Assembly: GCA_035084275.1 (NCBI GenBank)
Contig: CM068753.1
Location: forward strand, 15,934,001-15,998,000
DNA: 64,000 nucleotides
From: Hydrolagus colliei
Taxonomy: Eukaryota
Reading direction: 5' to 3'
The notes beneath the pieces are model-generated. The model saw only the letters and a program-made list of their open reading frames with translations. It ran no database searches and was not told the DNA's origin. Position numbers and translations under genes: made by a program. Position 1 is the stretch's first letter. Every line of letters begins with the position of its first letter. Of the stretch, positions 1 through 14,204 are shown in pieces.

Positions 1-544
1 CAAAAAGATGTCAGTAATATATTTGTTCAATTATCTGTACAGCTAATTGACTGCATAATGCTTGAAACAGGCTGCCTTTACACAATGATATAATAATGCC
101 TGTTCTCCACAGCAATGATTAACACCACTGGTAATTATACTCTGCTGCCAGGATAAGCACAACAAATAAAGTCCACATTTGTATATCAGTTCTGACTGCT
201 TGAGTACACTCCATACTTATCAAAGTGCATTGCATTACATGATTATTAGCATGTGTACAAACACAGCTATTATGCAATGCAAGATGTCACAAATATGTAC
301 TGCACAACATTGAAAACACTTTCTAAATCATCTTTCCTATCTTCTTGAAATCAGCCTACAAATCAAAAATACTAATAGTGCAGCTCTAATTAGATTTACT
401 CCCTCCCCATGAAACAAAAAACACTACAACTGTAAATTTTCTCTCGTCAATCTTAAAGCTTTGGATATCCAACAAGGCTTATCCTTAAGCTAAACTAAAG
501 TGGATTCTAAAGTAGCTTTAAAAGTAAAATTAAAATTCCCCTGA

Positions 545-825
545 TGCTGAGTCAGTTTGCAGTAGTGATCAGCAGAGCTGTACAGATCAGGAAGGTCCTA
601 GATTGCAGCCTGGTCCATGTTGAGTTATCTTATCTCAGCTAGCAAGACACTAGGAGTATGATAATTGGCCTTAGCATTCTGCATAGGGAACAAGGGGAAA
701 ATTCCATCAGGACCCCTGATCCCTGGAGCAGATGAATGTGGAGACAGGCTCAGGCTAGGCTGAAACGCCCTTCGTGCTTGAATAGCTTGACGATGCTCCA
801 TTAAGTCACATACGTGAAAAATGAA
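545..825 (+). mobile_element. Old SINE-like repeat fragment
   Basis: Degenerate tRNA-like head (cagatcaggaaggtcctagattgcagcctggtc) and GC-richer body. Family and boundaries are uncertain. Confidence 0.35.
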
Positions 826-3564
826 CACAGGCGGGTTACCAGAAAACAACCAACACACATGAAACTGAACCCTAGCACAAGAAAAAATGAGTCAAGTGCA
901 TTTGGGAGAGGAAACAGAAGGAAGAAAATAAATTGGCTGAAAAAATTGGCAAGCAAAAATATTTTTTCACTTTTCGCATCTCATCCATTTACATTAATTA
1001 CGACGTTCATGGTCTTTTTAATGAAGATGACGGAATCAGCAGTTATTGCATGGAGTTTAGTTAATGCAGGTTTTACTCATGGGAGGCAATAGCAAAGGTT
1101 GTGGGAGTTGGCAAATATGTATTGGGAGTATTCCGAATGCAAAACCGAGGAGTAGGTGATGAACTACCTCCTTACCATGAAAAATACTCCTGTTTACTCA
1201 TAAACTTACCTTAACAGGCAGAAAATTCCAGCACTCAAGACCGACCTTGTTTTTATTTCTGTTTGATGCCTGACAAATATTCTGTATTTTGGTTTACTTT
1301 TGCTGTAGTGCATCTTCTTGGTGGAAATACAGGGTATTGGTTATAAGCAGCAGAGTGCTTTTGATACTGATATAATGGAAACAAATGCAAAATTAGTCTC
1401 CGTGTATTTGCACCAAAAATCGTTGCTATCCTATTAGATTTGTTTAGTAGTTTTGTATGCTTTAAATGCTACATATTTTACCATCAGTACACTGCTGTAA
1501 TGTTTTAGTATTTTCAAATTGCGATCGTTACATTGAAGGAATGCAGTACTAGACTAGTGAAATTAATTAATCCATTTAGCTTGCATGATTCTTCTTAACT
1601 GCAGTACACTATATACCACGTAGTTTAAAGGTGCCATTTTTGAAAATCGACCCATGTGAGTACCGAATCTGGAAATTTTCAAATAAATTTTTTTCAACCA
1701 TGTTTATTAAATTGATGCTCTTGAACTAAAGAGAATATTTTTAATTTTTTTAATAAAAAGAGAAGTGATACATTTTAAATTTCACAGACGGTATCCCATG
1801 TTGGGAATGACCTGCATATAAAACCTGGCTGCTGTCTAATTTGCAGTGCATTTTCTGACATATTTCAGTATTTAGTGAAAAAAGAACAACCGTTATTATA
1901 ACATCTTAAAGGGCCTGACTGAAAATATGTCATTAGGTTTACTGAACCATTAAGAAATCATGGTGTCCTGCAGTATCCCCACCATATCCTTATTGTGTGC
2001 CTCAAATCTTGAAATGTATTATTAGAGTGCTGGAATGTGACAAGGAGAATGTCGCCCAAGCCAACAAAAGAGAAACTGCATTTTACAAAAAAAATACATT
2101 TTTTTTAAAATCATGGGATTTTTTTGAATTAATTTATGAATCTGTAATCATGACGGTGAAAGCAAAAAGGTGCGTATCTTTGATATTTACATTTACAAAA
2201 CTGCTCAAAATAATCTAGATCAGTTTCTCATTAGAGCTTCAGTCCCCACAAAACACTCTTGCAGCTAGTATCTGAAAATGGATAGCTGCCATCAATCATT
2301 GTCATTTCTTCTTTTCACTTCTCCAGCTGAGGTTGACTAGTGTCATTGTTTGTTATTGTCCAAAACAGATCTTCATTCTTTTAATGTCAAAGAGATATGA
2401 CATGTGCGCATTTACCAGAGGACTGTGATGGAAAGTCACCTTTTCCATGTCTGACATCTCATTGTGAACTTCCTGCAAGAAATTTTAATAATTTGCTCGA
2501 TATATAATTAATTGTCTCGGTATATGCTGCTAACATGACCAAGAATACTTTGGTTGAGATATTTTACGTTAACTTAAATTAATATTTATTCAGATCGATT
2601 GTAATTTAAAGTCTTCTTCCAGTACCACATTTTTCTTCTAACTCATAATTCAGCCTTTTTAAAAAAAAGTTTTTAAAGATATGTTTACGATTTTTTCAAA
2701 CACAGTAAGGTTTTGTTTTGTTTGAAAGGGCAGATAACACTCATATTACTGTGACTCATTAAACAGATTGACCCATTTTTGCAATGATATTAAATTCATT
2801 ACAGTTTAAAGGCTTCCTTTTTTAAAAATGCCTAAAAAGTACATTGATTCTAGCATGTGCCATGGTGCACTCCACTTGCACTTCATCTAAAATTGCGATG
2901 AGATACTTAAATATATCTGCAAGTAAATTATGGTTTGTTACACAAATTAGAATTTCTGAATATTACTTAACAATATAAAGCCAGAAATTGTATGGATTTT
3001 GAAAAAAATCATAATGTGCGAAGAAATTAATAGTTCCACTTACCACTATGTAGAGGTGTTGTATTAAGTTTGAGTAACTAGTTATTTGCACATTTTTATT
3101 AAACCCATCGGCTATGAATACTTGTGATGAAGCCAAGTCTCCTGTGGGTTTTATAGCTAAACAGTGTTAGTCAGATGTCACTCACTAAAAATGGTAATTT
3201 TTTAGTTATAAAGACATTAAAATTGAACATTGTATATTAGGCACATTTGTCAGTGAAAGGCTATGATTATTGATTTTGAATAGGCTAAATATTTGTTATG
3301 AATAACTGAATACTATAAAAAATTCTAACTACCTGTAGTTGTTTTCTGTAGATGGAAAGTAAACCTTTACACATTTCTTTATATTTATCTTATAGGCAAA
3401 CAATTCCCCAGAATTTACCTTTCTGCATTTTTGCATCATAACAACAAAACAACTTATTTTAGTTTTATTGCCGATTGTTGTGCATTAAGAAATGTTCTCT
3501 GCTAGTCTTCAATTCTACGTTATAATTCCAAGTTTCTCGCTCTAATGATTCCTCAAAAAAAACA

Positions 3565-3718
3565 ATAATAAAAATTTGTCATTTCAATCCACGACTGTTT
3601 GTGGGACACTGCTGTGCGCAATTGGCTGCCACAATTCGCCCACATATATACAGTCAATTCACTTTACAGTATATTCTGTGAAGCACTTTGAGACGTCGGT
3701 AAGATGTGAAAAGCGCTA
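3565..3718 (+). mobile_element. SINE 3' half
   Basis: Near-identical to 4675-4855 and to the reverse complement of 37601-37780. Confidence 0.8.
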
Positions 3719-4674
3719 AATACGAGGGGTCGTGAAAATGACAAAGGAGCATATGGTACCCAAAGGGTTAACATTAACATTAATAACTGCCTACCACCAG
3801 TGGGATTATCATTTTAGTACTGAATAGCACAAGTAAAATATCAGTGATCAGTGCTACCTGATTCCAATCGCACAGTAAACTCAGGAAACTACTACATGAC
3901 TAAATGTGTCCGACACAATAATGTTTGTGGAACTAAACATCTTTGACCCATACTTTGACTGGTGCAGGAAGGCTGTCATTAGAAAAGAAACATGTTTTTT
4001 TGGAGGGTGAGAGTGCATTTTTTGGCAATACCAGTGCTTCGATCTAGTACAGTAATGAAGCACTGACAATGTAGTATTAGGAAAGTGCATTATTGTCCAT
4101 GTCAAAATGAAAAAAATGCATCAGAAATGTTTTGGAATAAACGCACTTCAATTAAAACAAAGTTCAAACAGTTGGTATTTAAACAACCGGTTTACCTTTC
4201 TGTGTCACAAATAGTTGTGCATTTTGATCAAATAATCAGTTTAACACCTTCTCAGTTAGTCTTTTGATATTTCAATTTTGCAACAATCTTGTTATGTTAA
4301 TGCAAACGTATCTGAAATGTCTAAATCTATTCATTTCCAACACATCTTCGATTGGTGAGGGAGTTAGTGTTAATGCTAAGTAGTTTTCTGCATTTTATTC
4401 ACAAATTTAATTTGTCATTCAAATCAAAATCATGGGCCTTAATGATTGATCAACACTGATGCGTTTTGCAAGTTTTCCCTATTTTGGAAATGTGACATAA
4501 CACTTATGCCAACATTTTCAGATAAAAGTGACCAATTTGGAAACCATTGATCATATGAGTTCAGATTAAAATGATTTAAACTGTCTCTTAGATTATGCTT
4601 ATTTTATCATAACATTTTGTTCTAAATTTACAGGATTAACCCATTTTAAACTCATTTTTGTTTAATTGAAAAAA

Positions 4675-4855
4675 TAATAAATTGGTCATTTCAATCCATG
4701 ACTGTTTATGGGGCACTGCTGTGTGCAATTGGCTTGCCAGTTTCGACCATGAATATCCAGTCAATTCACTTTACAGTATATTCTGTGAAGCGCTTTGAGA
4801 CATTTAGATGACGTGAAAAGTGCTATATCTAATGCAAGGATTATTATTATTATTA
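4675..4855 (+). mobile_element. SINE 3' half with (ATT)n tail
   Basis: Ends ...gctatatctaatgcaaggattattattattatt. Repeated elsewhere in the window. Confidence 0.85.
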
Positions 4856-6732
4856 TGATTGATTTAACCTAAGCAGTACTTCATTATGATTTGATTTTCC
4901 ATGAACAGAATATTCTCACAGTCCCGGACATTAATGACACTTGTCAAAACTCATTTATTACGTTTATCACATAAACATTAATACTTTGAGAATTTTGCAA
5001 ATGACACTGTGGCCTGTATAAAAACCAAATTCTAAGGCCACACAAAACAGTGGTAAGAAACAATAAGAAAGAATTATCCCTTATTTGAGTTAGGATCTCA
5101 GGAAAGCCCACATAATGGGAAGATAACTGTACTTAACAAGCAGTTGAATAATACATACAGAACAATGCAAGTAACTAGGGTGCATCTGACCACACCTAGA
5201 ATGGCTTATGTTTTTGTTTCTTTGGCTGATTACAGTATTTTAGCTACGCATGATGAGATTAATTAGTTAGTCCTTAGGTGGTTGAGCCTACAGGCTTTGG
5301 TATGAAAGAAAAGCATGAATGCTCTTACTCCATTAATTCATACTAAATGGCAGAATGCAACTCTTGCTGTGCCAGTCTTTTTTGTCTTTTTGCTTAACAG
5401 TCAGATATAATAGTGCCAGACTGCTTTCCTTCATGAAATCATTTTTAATCTGCAATGAAGTATTGTATATAATTTCATTGCATTCTATTAACCATCTATG
5501 AGTTTGCCTTCGTAGCCAAACTCATTTGGGCTATAAAGAATGATTATGTTTTCCTGATTTCATTGCTACCATTAACTTGGTTTGAAAAGATTATATCATT
5601 TTGCATATTGAAAATATACAAAATAATGTACGTGTATTTAAAATAACTGTTAGCATTACTTCCTTTTGTTCTAATCATTTTATTGTGTTCTCTTGCTCCA
5701 GCACAAGTTAGGCCCTCTATCTGTGCAATTCAACTCAGTCCAGATTGAGGAACGGCCCGGTTTGGCCTAGCCCATCCCACCAATTCCTCCACGGATGCTG
5801 TCAGTGCAATACCTTAACCAATCCACCAAGAGGTGCACTTCAGCACCCTGGAAAACACAGGCGCTCAGGAACCCACCCGCACAATTGCCATCACTAAATG
5901 CCTGAGTTTGCTTCTTCTTCTGGATCACCAGTTTCTTTGGGGTGTTATTATCTATTTCTAAATAATCAGTTTGAGAAAAGAAAAAATATAACAGTTTGCA
6001 TTTATATTGCGCCTTCACGTGGGGTTGCGTCTCGGAACGCTGGGATGCTACCCGACATATTGTCCGACATAATTAATTTATTGCCATTATTTGGGATCTC
6101 AGACAAAGCAACCTTTTAGTTTGTTTTCAGTCTTAGCTTTTACACTGGCAGATCATTTTAAGATGAATTGTCTTGTGAAACAAATCTGATTCCTTTTACT
6201 GTACTTGCATAGAATTAAACCCTTTTTTTTAATCGACACAACTTCACGAAATTAAAATTTGGCATAAAAGCTTTTGTGGCTTAAATGAGCTACTGAATAG
6301 ACTAAAAGTTCAGCTGTCGTATCAATTGGCTGTATTTGTTTCCATGGTACCTACAGCAAACAAATCCTTAAATAAAATGAACTAGTGTTATTACATTCTG
6401 TGGAATGGCAGAATCTATTATGAAACAATATGATGCAGGAAGAAATAAACAATGAATCGGTTGCAAGAACAGTACGTTACTAGTTATAGGGGGTTGGATA
6501 GTATGCAATATATTTGATATTTCTGTGACATTGTAATTCAATACCTTGCCCCATAGTGACAGAATCCATTGCATGAGTTTTTTTTTGCAAAGCAAGATGG
6601 CAAAGTTGAATTGAGGCAGAGTAGTTAGGGGTCACTAATCCTGAGGAGCTTGCTCAGTCTGTGTGCTGAGTCCAAAGCTTTGTGGTGTTGCTCTAACGTG
6701 TGTGTTTTTCTGTATATGTGCCTGGCTAACAG

Positions 6733-6869
6733 ATGCAGACAGAGCACAGAAGCACGGGATGGATGAATTTATCTCTGCCAATCCTTGTGTTTTTGACCAC
6801 GCTACGCTCTTTGAGATACTACAGAGGCTGACTCTGGATCACAGACTTAATGATTCCTACTCCTGTCTG
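6733..6869 (+). CDS. CADPS: CADPS exon, (Y)[45 protein letters not shown]; phase 1-0; GC donor
   Basis: AG at 6731-6732. Translation matches recalled CAPS1 sequence. Ends CTG|GCAAGT, in frame with the next exon (GWFSPGQV). Confidence 0.95.
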
Positions 6870-7429
6870 GCAAGTACCCTGCTCAATAACCTATTCGCAA
6901 AAGTCGAGCAAGTACATTGAGGAGGTAGTGCTGTCATTTTGTTTGCTAAGTAAATAAAAAAAGAGGAAAAACAAAAAAATCGGAATTAATATCTAGACCA
7001 GTTAAAATATGTTAAAATAAAGTTAAAATATGTTTTTACATCCAAGTCAATGTTTCTCCTCCTTGAAGATTTCACCTTTATTGTGCAACATTTAATAGAC
7101 AGTTAATAGACTATGCAACCCGTCAATGTGAATCTCAGTTGAACCCAATTCTAAGTGTGATCCAAACTTTCTGTTTCTGGTCACCCTGCATTATAAATGG
7201 AGCATCTTTCCCAGGCTTCCACATCCCCCAACTTACTGCTTCTTCAAATGGTTCTGTAACGTGAATGCAGCATTAAATTGTATTGGAACTAATTTTGGAA
7301 TTCCAGTTCAAATGGCATGCCACAGTATATTTGTTTTCTTGATTATTGAGAGGTTTATTGTATCATATCATGCTTTCTCCATCCATGCGCAAAACTGTAT
7401 TTGAGAGATTTTGATTTTGTGTTGTTTAG

Positions 7430-7617
7430 GGCTGGTTTAGTCCAGGCCAAGTGTTTGTGCTGGATGAATACTGTGCACGCTACGGAACTAGAGGCTGTCA
7501 CAGACATCTCTGCTACCTCAACGATTTGCTTGAAAGAGCAGAAAATGGAGCAATGATTGACCCAACCCTGCTTCACTACAGCTTTGCCTTCTGTGCTTCT
7601 CATGTACATGGCAACAG
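7430..7617 (+). CDS. CADPS: CADPS exon, [30 protein letters not shown]...FCASHVHGN(R); phase 0-2
   Basis: tttag|GGCTGG acceptor, AACAG|gtagaa donor, 188 nt, conserved CAPS peptide. Confidence 0.96.
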
Positions 7618-8604
7618 GTAGAATTCAATAACAACCTAATTTGAGACTATAGCGACACAGTGGACCAAACAAACCTTTCTTGTTCAGTGGTTCTGGCACA
7701 GGTCAGATAAACAGATAGATTCCAATGCCTTCTCATATTAGACAAACCCACAATGAAGCCTTTCTGACCTTTATCCATTTCACAATGGCACAGAAAATGA
7801 TCTTAGAGTAACAATAGCCTTTAATTTATTACTAAGTAATGAAGTAGAATTGCAACTGAAGCAAATAGAGGGACTTGTATCACAAATCAAGCTGAAACAG
7901 ACTCAAAATAAATGAGGAATGGTTTCATTCAGGGGGTGTGCAGTCCCAGCTTACATAGCTACTGTCCCTTCTGGAAAATTAGCAGTCTAGGTCTCCAGAA
8001 AGATCATTTACTCTGATATCTCAGATGCTGCATTATGTTTCATTTATTTATTAGTAATTTCGTGATTGTATGGATGACTGCAATATACTCTCAAAATGAG
8101 AGAAATTAGAAAGTTAACCAAAGATTGGGTTACATATTTTCTATGCTGTCTGCTTTATGTTGAGATATGATGTTTTTAAATGATATAGTGTATTAGATTT
8201 CAAGGTAGGTTGCCCCATAGAGTTTAATGTAAAATAATTAATACACACTCCCATAATGTTGCTCAATATTGCAGTTAGTATTTATACTGGAATATGCAGA
8301 AAAATAGTCTTTATGAAGAATCCCCACCAGTTTGATTTGTGTTCCCATTCATCCTTGGCTTTATGTGAATTGATGCATATAGGCACATGGGTTCAGTATA
8401 CTTTGATTTTTTTTCAATTAATTTCCTTTTGATTTTGTTGCATTTTAATGTAACTGGGACTTTCATTTAAGAAATCCTTTTTCTTCCTTCCACTGATTTA
8501 TTCTTTTTTCATGTTTACTTCTTTGTTGCACTGCTGTTTTTTTTCTTTCTTTCACGCTTTCTTGGTTCTGTTTTTCGTTTTCTACATCACGACTGTCTTT
8601 AAAG

Positions 8605-8772
8605 AGAGAAAGTTGCATTACTGGGGGCACAGCCAAGTGTAGATGGCGAGGGGGACAAATCAGCCAGTCCCTCAGCCAATGAGCCAGAGAGTGACTCTAA
8701 AAAGGACAAAAAGGAGTCTAGAAAAGGTTCTAGAAAGGACTCCAAGTTGCAACCAAAAGCTGAACCGAAAAG
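8605..8772 (+). CDS. CADPS: CADPS cassette exon (168 nt, phase 2-2), charged/low-complexity EKVALLGAQPSVDGEGDKSASPSANEPESDSKKDKKESRKGSRKDSKLQPKAEPK(R)
   Basis: Long pyrimidine tract, ctttaaag acceptor, strong AAG|gtaagt donor, open and frame-preserving. Resembles the K/E-rich insert I recall in some CAPS1 isoforms at this position. Confidence 0.85.
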
Positions 8773-11700
8773 GTAAGTGTACGGTGTGAGAAGCTGGTGG
8801 CTTAAAATAATTAAGAAAGGCTAAACATCATGTCCTAAATTGGGTAGAAAATATTAGCAGATCTAAGCAGATCTCTGACTACAAGGTTGGCCAGTGACCT
8901 CTCTCCAGGCCAAAAATAAAGCATGGAAGATGCCTAGGTTGACTTAGCCGCTAAGTTTCACCCTACTTTGAGGCAATTGCCTCATTTATATTGCACTCCT
9001 TCTGATAACCAACCCAAGTTCTCAAAGTGGATATAGGCTAGTTGCAAGGCGAATTCATATCCTACCAATGCATGTCAGGATAGCTATGGACTATTTACAT
9101 ATTCATTTAATAATGTAGATTAATAGGACTTTGCTGGTTAATGAACGATAACTTAACAGTAATCGCAGAGAAGTACAATTTGGGCTAAGGAAGACCTCAG
9201 TACTGAATAAATTATGATATTCCTGAAATAACCCAACAAGTAATAGAATAACCGACAAATCTGCCTGATTTTAGCTGAATTATGTGTATGAATGACTATC
9301 ATATACCTGCTTTTCTTCTCCTACCCAAGCAATCATGGTGATCAGCACTTCCCTGTGGAAGGGTTTGCTTAAACAATGAGCTGAATTTAGCAATCATATA
9401 CAAAGCTTAACATTCTTTTTAGAAAATCGTTCATGAAGCCCTCTATAATTATCAGAGAACACTGCAAACAACATTTCATGAATGAAGAATCAAAGAATGG
9501 AATAACATATTGACAAAAGACAACGGTGTTAAAAAAAAGTCTTAAACCACGAAATGGTCAATAGACTATTCAACTTGTACCTGAATTATTCCCTTGGTGT
9601 AATATGTTTGGTAAACTGCAGTGACGTTATACTTAAATATGCAATGTAGTCATAACATCCCTACAAAGCAATATGGTAAATTGAATTAGAGATCAGAATT
9701 TACCAATTATAATAAAGCTTTATAATAATATAGTAATCATTTAAAATTACCTTTCACACCTGCTGATAATCAGAGTACCGAAAGTTTTTATTCAATACAT
9801 TTGACGGTTTCTCTTGAAAAATGAATGCAGGCATTGATATTGAAATAAACAGGGTCAAATGTAGGTCTAACTGCATGTAGATTTTAATATGTGCTAGGGA
9901 TAGACGATATATTTTCATGTGGTGGAGTTGCAGTAAGTTGTCTGTTTGTATTGTGTTATTATTGGGTCAGACAGTGAGACAACAGTAGCTTGCAGTCAGT
10001 CAGAGAGTAGAGAGCAAATGTGATTCAAATGTTACAGGACAGCCTGAAGGTCAAGACTGACAGAATGACAAGCTGTCACCAAGAAGAAACTAACTAGCTT
10101 GCGTTCTAGGTTCCAGTACACTGAAATGGTCTTGCTGGCTGATCAATGTCAATGTAGAGAGTAACAAAGGTTTCCCTACACAAAATATATGCACATATTA
10201 TCTTTAACCCTTACAGCACATTTCTAAGTGCTTCACCTAAGCATTATTAAAAAATGAATATTTGTTATGGTGGAGGGGTAGGATGAGAAATAATAGAAAA
10301 TATTGTTACCATGAAGTGCAAAGATTATTATTCAAGGGTCAGTAAATGCTGACTAAGGTGCTGCTTTAACAGATTATTCTCGTAGTTGATTGTAGATCAC
10401 CTTATCTGATTTTTATGACATACTCTCCTCAGACAATGTATATAATACACCTACCTCTTCATACAAATTTATACAAAAATTAGGTATTACTCGTTGTAAA
10501 GTTGGGATTTGGTTTTTCATCATTGTTACTTTAAACATGACAAACCAGGATTCAATTAATTAGTAACATATCCCATTTCGTACAATTAAACAAAACTACA
10601 ACTGTGCACGCCCAGACATATTAATGTAAACTAATATTACCATGGGAGATCCACTAATGTATGAAAAGCTATAAAAAGCTGTTTAGTGATGGTCTGATTA
10701 ATTGTACATTTTTGACAAAAGGCATTGGAAATATTATTATTTCTGACATGGCCCGAGATAGAGACTGTGAGGAGAGTGAAGCTGACAGAACTGGTGCTAA
10801 CCACTGTGACAAAGACTTGAAAAGCAACCAACATGACATCTTTCCTATCACGCTGCCGAAAATGTCATCTTTGTGAACGACAGTGAGAAAATGGTTTGCC
10901 GAAATTTTGAAAGGTAGAGTCGAAAGACGCTCGTCATGTCAGATGTAATATAGTCCGCAGCTGTTTGAGAAAGGAAATCCTAGTGGCCATGACGGGTTTC
11001 AGTTGGCAGGCCCTCCAAGACATCGGAACCACTCCAAAATTGGCTACAGTTGACCTGTGGATTGTACTACTCTTATGGTCAAATGCTAGGTGCCCAACAC
11101 TGGCCCAGCTACAAAATTACAAGCAATTAGTAATTCTACTTTCATTTAAAAATAAGTGCTTAGATTTTAATAATTCTAATAGCCTGAATAAAACACAAAA
11201 ACTAATATAGATTCCATGAATATGCCAATTCCTTTTACTGTACTTCTCATCCTACACTTTGCCCCTATTTACCGTGGTATGAAAATATCAGCCTCCCACT
11301 GTCTTAAGAGAGAAAATCCAGCATAGTCTGTGTGTTAGCCTTACCCTGGCTACAAATATAATTTCACTTTCTTTACTGATATGTTCATTTTACACCCCGT
11401 TTCAGGTACATGAATGGTGTATAAAGTAAATATGTTTAGAAGGGTTTCCATTGCAAATTCAGATTGAGTTTATATTCACATGTGCTCCAGACACTGTATT
11501 GTGTTTCCAATGTGCAAGGCCCTTTTTTTAAGAACACCTTGTCATTAATACCTGAGCAAGCATTTAATGATCCTCAGCAGATTATATCATAAAAAGCTTG
11601 AGCTTTGAGAACAGGTTTAATTCAATGAATTAAAATCCACAGGACTTGCTATTGTACCCACACTGCCTTGATCACAAGATACTTCACATGGCACTTTTAA

Positions 11701-12901
11701 TAGCAGAGACCTGTTTTCAGGGCCTTAAGAAACATCACATTTTATGCATCATTATTTGGGATTTATTTAGGCAAATAGATCTGTACATCATTCAAAGATA
11801 TTTTTCTATTAACACATTAATTAAATTAATACTGCATTCTGAAAGCAAGCTTGTTATAACAATCCTTCCTAGTGTAAATGCAGAAAAAAGAACTTGTTAA
11901 GCTGCAGAGTAGGATTTCATTTGGGAGAGTTTGCCGCATTAGCAGCTTTCTATCTTATTGGTCACTGCAGCATGACAGTATAGATTGTAATTTCTGAGCC
12001 TAAGGTCACAATTGATGCTTCAAAATGAAGAGAAATAAAGATGACCAATTAACCCCTGACAGGAGGTTTATTATAGGTTCTGTAATCCCTTATCATGCCT
12101 TTGTGTTACCAAACAGTCTGGTGCTGAGGATTTGCACAGCTTAGAGTGTACATTGAAGGAGGCCTAGGGAAAAGGACTGTTTATTCTATTCACAGTCTCC
12201 TCACACTACAGAAAGGCAGACTGAGCTAGTGAAGACTGGGTAGTGAAATACAAATCCCTTTGCTTTTGACTGAACAAGCTGGTAATGTTGTTTGTCTGGG
12301 CCGTTGCTTCATTTTGTGAAAGGATTAGGTCGGCCTCTTTCCCTCTTATTATGGATTATTGCCTGGTGTAAATATTCAGGGACTATCCATATTGTTAAGC
12401 TTGAAGTTGTGAAATAATAAGGAAATGCTTATTTGTGCAGGACAGAATTTGTACTTCTTGTTCTCCTTTATAAAACACACTTCATCTAAAACTTAAGCCA
12501 TATGGGAATGCCCTGGGAAAACCACCCTTCTTGTCATTTTAATGGTACGTTGCAAGCTTCCTAAGTAGAAGAGGTCAAAAAGTGGCACTAAGTGTTCAAC
12601 AGGAAGAGATTTGGAATTGTGTAGTGAAGAATTGATCTGAAAAACATTCAGCTTGTCATCTTTCAAGCCTGTAAATAAGAAGCATAAGGTGAAAAGCAGG
12701 TATTTTTTACTTTCACCTTTTAGCTGCACAAACACTTTTTTTTAATTGAATGAGGATGTAGTACAGAATCTCATTGGATGCTTGTTAAACATACACACAA
12801 AGCTGCTAGTTTATATGCACCAGTACAACTGTATTAAGATGATTATTATTGTGGCTACAGGTGGCTGTAACATGGTGGCAGTTTAAGAGGAAACAATGGG
12901 A

Positions 12902-12956
12902 TCATAGAATTTTACAGCATAAAAGGAGGCCATTCAGCCCATCGTGTCTGTGCCGG
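12902..12956 (-). mobile_element. CR1 3'-terminal fragment
   Basis: Reverse complement matches the 3'UTR and ATTCTATG tail of the CR1 at 51007-51062. Confidence 0.8.
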
Positions 12957-13352
12957 GACAGGTGGGACAGGTGTCCACAGGGGGAGCTCATGGTTTTACG
13001 TTAACACTCATTTATCATCAAAGAACGCTCTTTCGATAGTCAGAAAACAATGAGTTACTTTACAGGCTAAATTCACTCTTACGTTTCCATGATTTCACCT
13101 TCCTTCCAAAGTGACCACTTATCCCTTTCACACTGCCAGAAGCACCAAATATAAAAACAAATATAGATTCACTTGTTGCTAAACAGAATTTTGTCCCTGT
13201 AATCATAAGCATAGTTTGACATCATTTTTTGTAGAAATTCTGCAAAAGCTCTACATATCCAATGACAGAAATAGCCGCAGAGAATATTGAGCATTCAGTA
13301 ATTATTTAAAATTTGCCAATCTTGTTTGCAAATGTGGTTCTTTGTTGCCCAG

Positions 13353-13454
13353 GCCTGATGGAATAGGAACAGTGACGGTGGAAGAAAAGGAACGCTTTGA
13401 GGAAATCAAGGAAAGACTACGCTTACTCCTTGAGAATCAGATCACTCATTTTAG
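13353..13454 (+). CDS. CADPS: CADPS exon, [33 protein letters not shown](R); phase 2-2
   Basis: cccag acceptor, TAG|gtaagc donor, conserved peptide. Confidence 0.96.
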
Positions 13455-14204
13455 GTAAGCTGAGATGGTGACTCAAGCTAGATATGCATTGCTCAATACA
13501 GGTAGTATGGAGTCATTTTATTTAGCTGGGAATAAACCAGACCCCAGAATGTCTGCCAGAATCAGCCAGTTTGATCTAATAGTTCACTCAGCTATGTATG
13601 ACTTTCAAAATGGCAACAGCTACCTACTATTCTGCCAACACTACAAGTTTACCTTAAGATCTACCTCTTTGACCTCGCTTTTGGTTATCTTTTACCCCAC
13701 CCATACACACTCCTCAGATTCCATCCTCAGAATGATGTGTATCATCATGTATCAGAGGTTATTGGAAGATTTTAATCTAATCAGGAGGCTTCGATGATTG
13801 TAATAAAAGTCAAGTGATTTCTGTCCAACATCAGAATTTTCAAGGGGTTAATACCCTGAGATCACTCTTGTGTCTCTGCTATACTTTAAGATACAGCCAG
13901 AAGGGGCAAGTTTGATCTGGGTTTTATAGTTTTCTGAGGTGAGCTTTATGTTCACTGTGGAGCTAGGTGTTCCCTGTAGCTACCAAGGTTCCTTCCAATT
14001 ATCTTTTGATTCCAACCAAGTCAAGCAGAGTATTTGACTTGGCTGGATCATGCCATTATGGGGTGAAAACTGTTAGCGTGATCACACCACATCACATATT
14101 TTACCTCTTTGTTACAGAATCCCTATCTTGGTATAATTTCCAAACATTTTAGGTAACTGTGTACAGGAACAGAGGAATTTTAAACTCATTAGTATTTCAT
14201 AGAT

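Noticed and set aside
1309-1333. Possible microexon upstream of the YADR exon
   Set aside because: The in-frame donor (TTG|gtggaa) is weak, the alternative donor shifts the frame, and the peptide is not recognised.
5670-5940. Good acceptor (ctccag at 5696-5701) followed by GC-richer sequence, possible exon
   Set aside because: All three frames hit stops within about 70 nt and I found no convincing in-phase donor. It could still be a poison exon or enhancer, but this is unsupported.
8842-8963. Possible small MITE (GGGTAGAAA...TTTCACCC)
   Set aside because: The terminal match is too short and gapped, and no clear TSD is visible.
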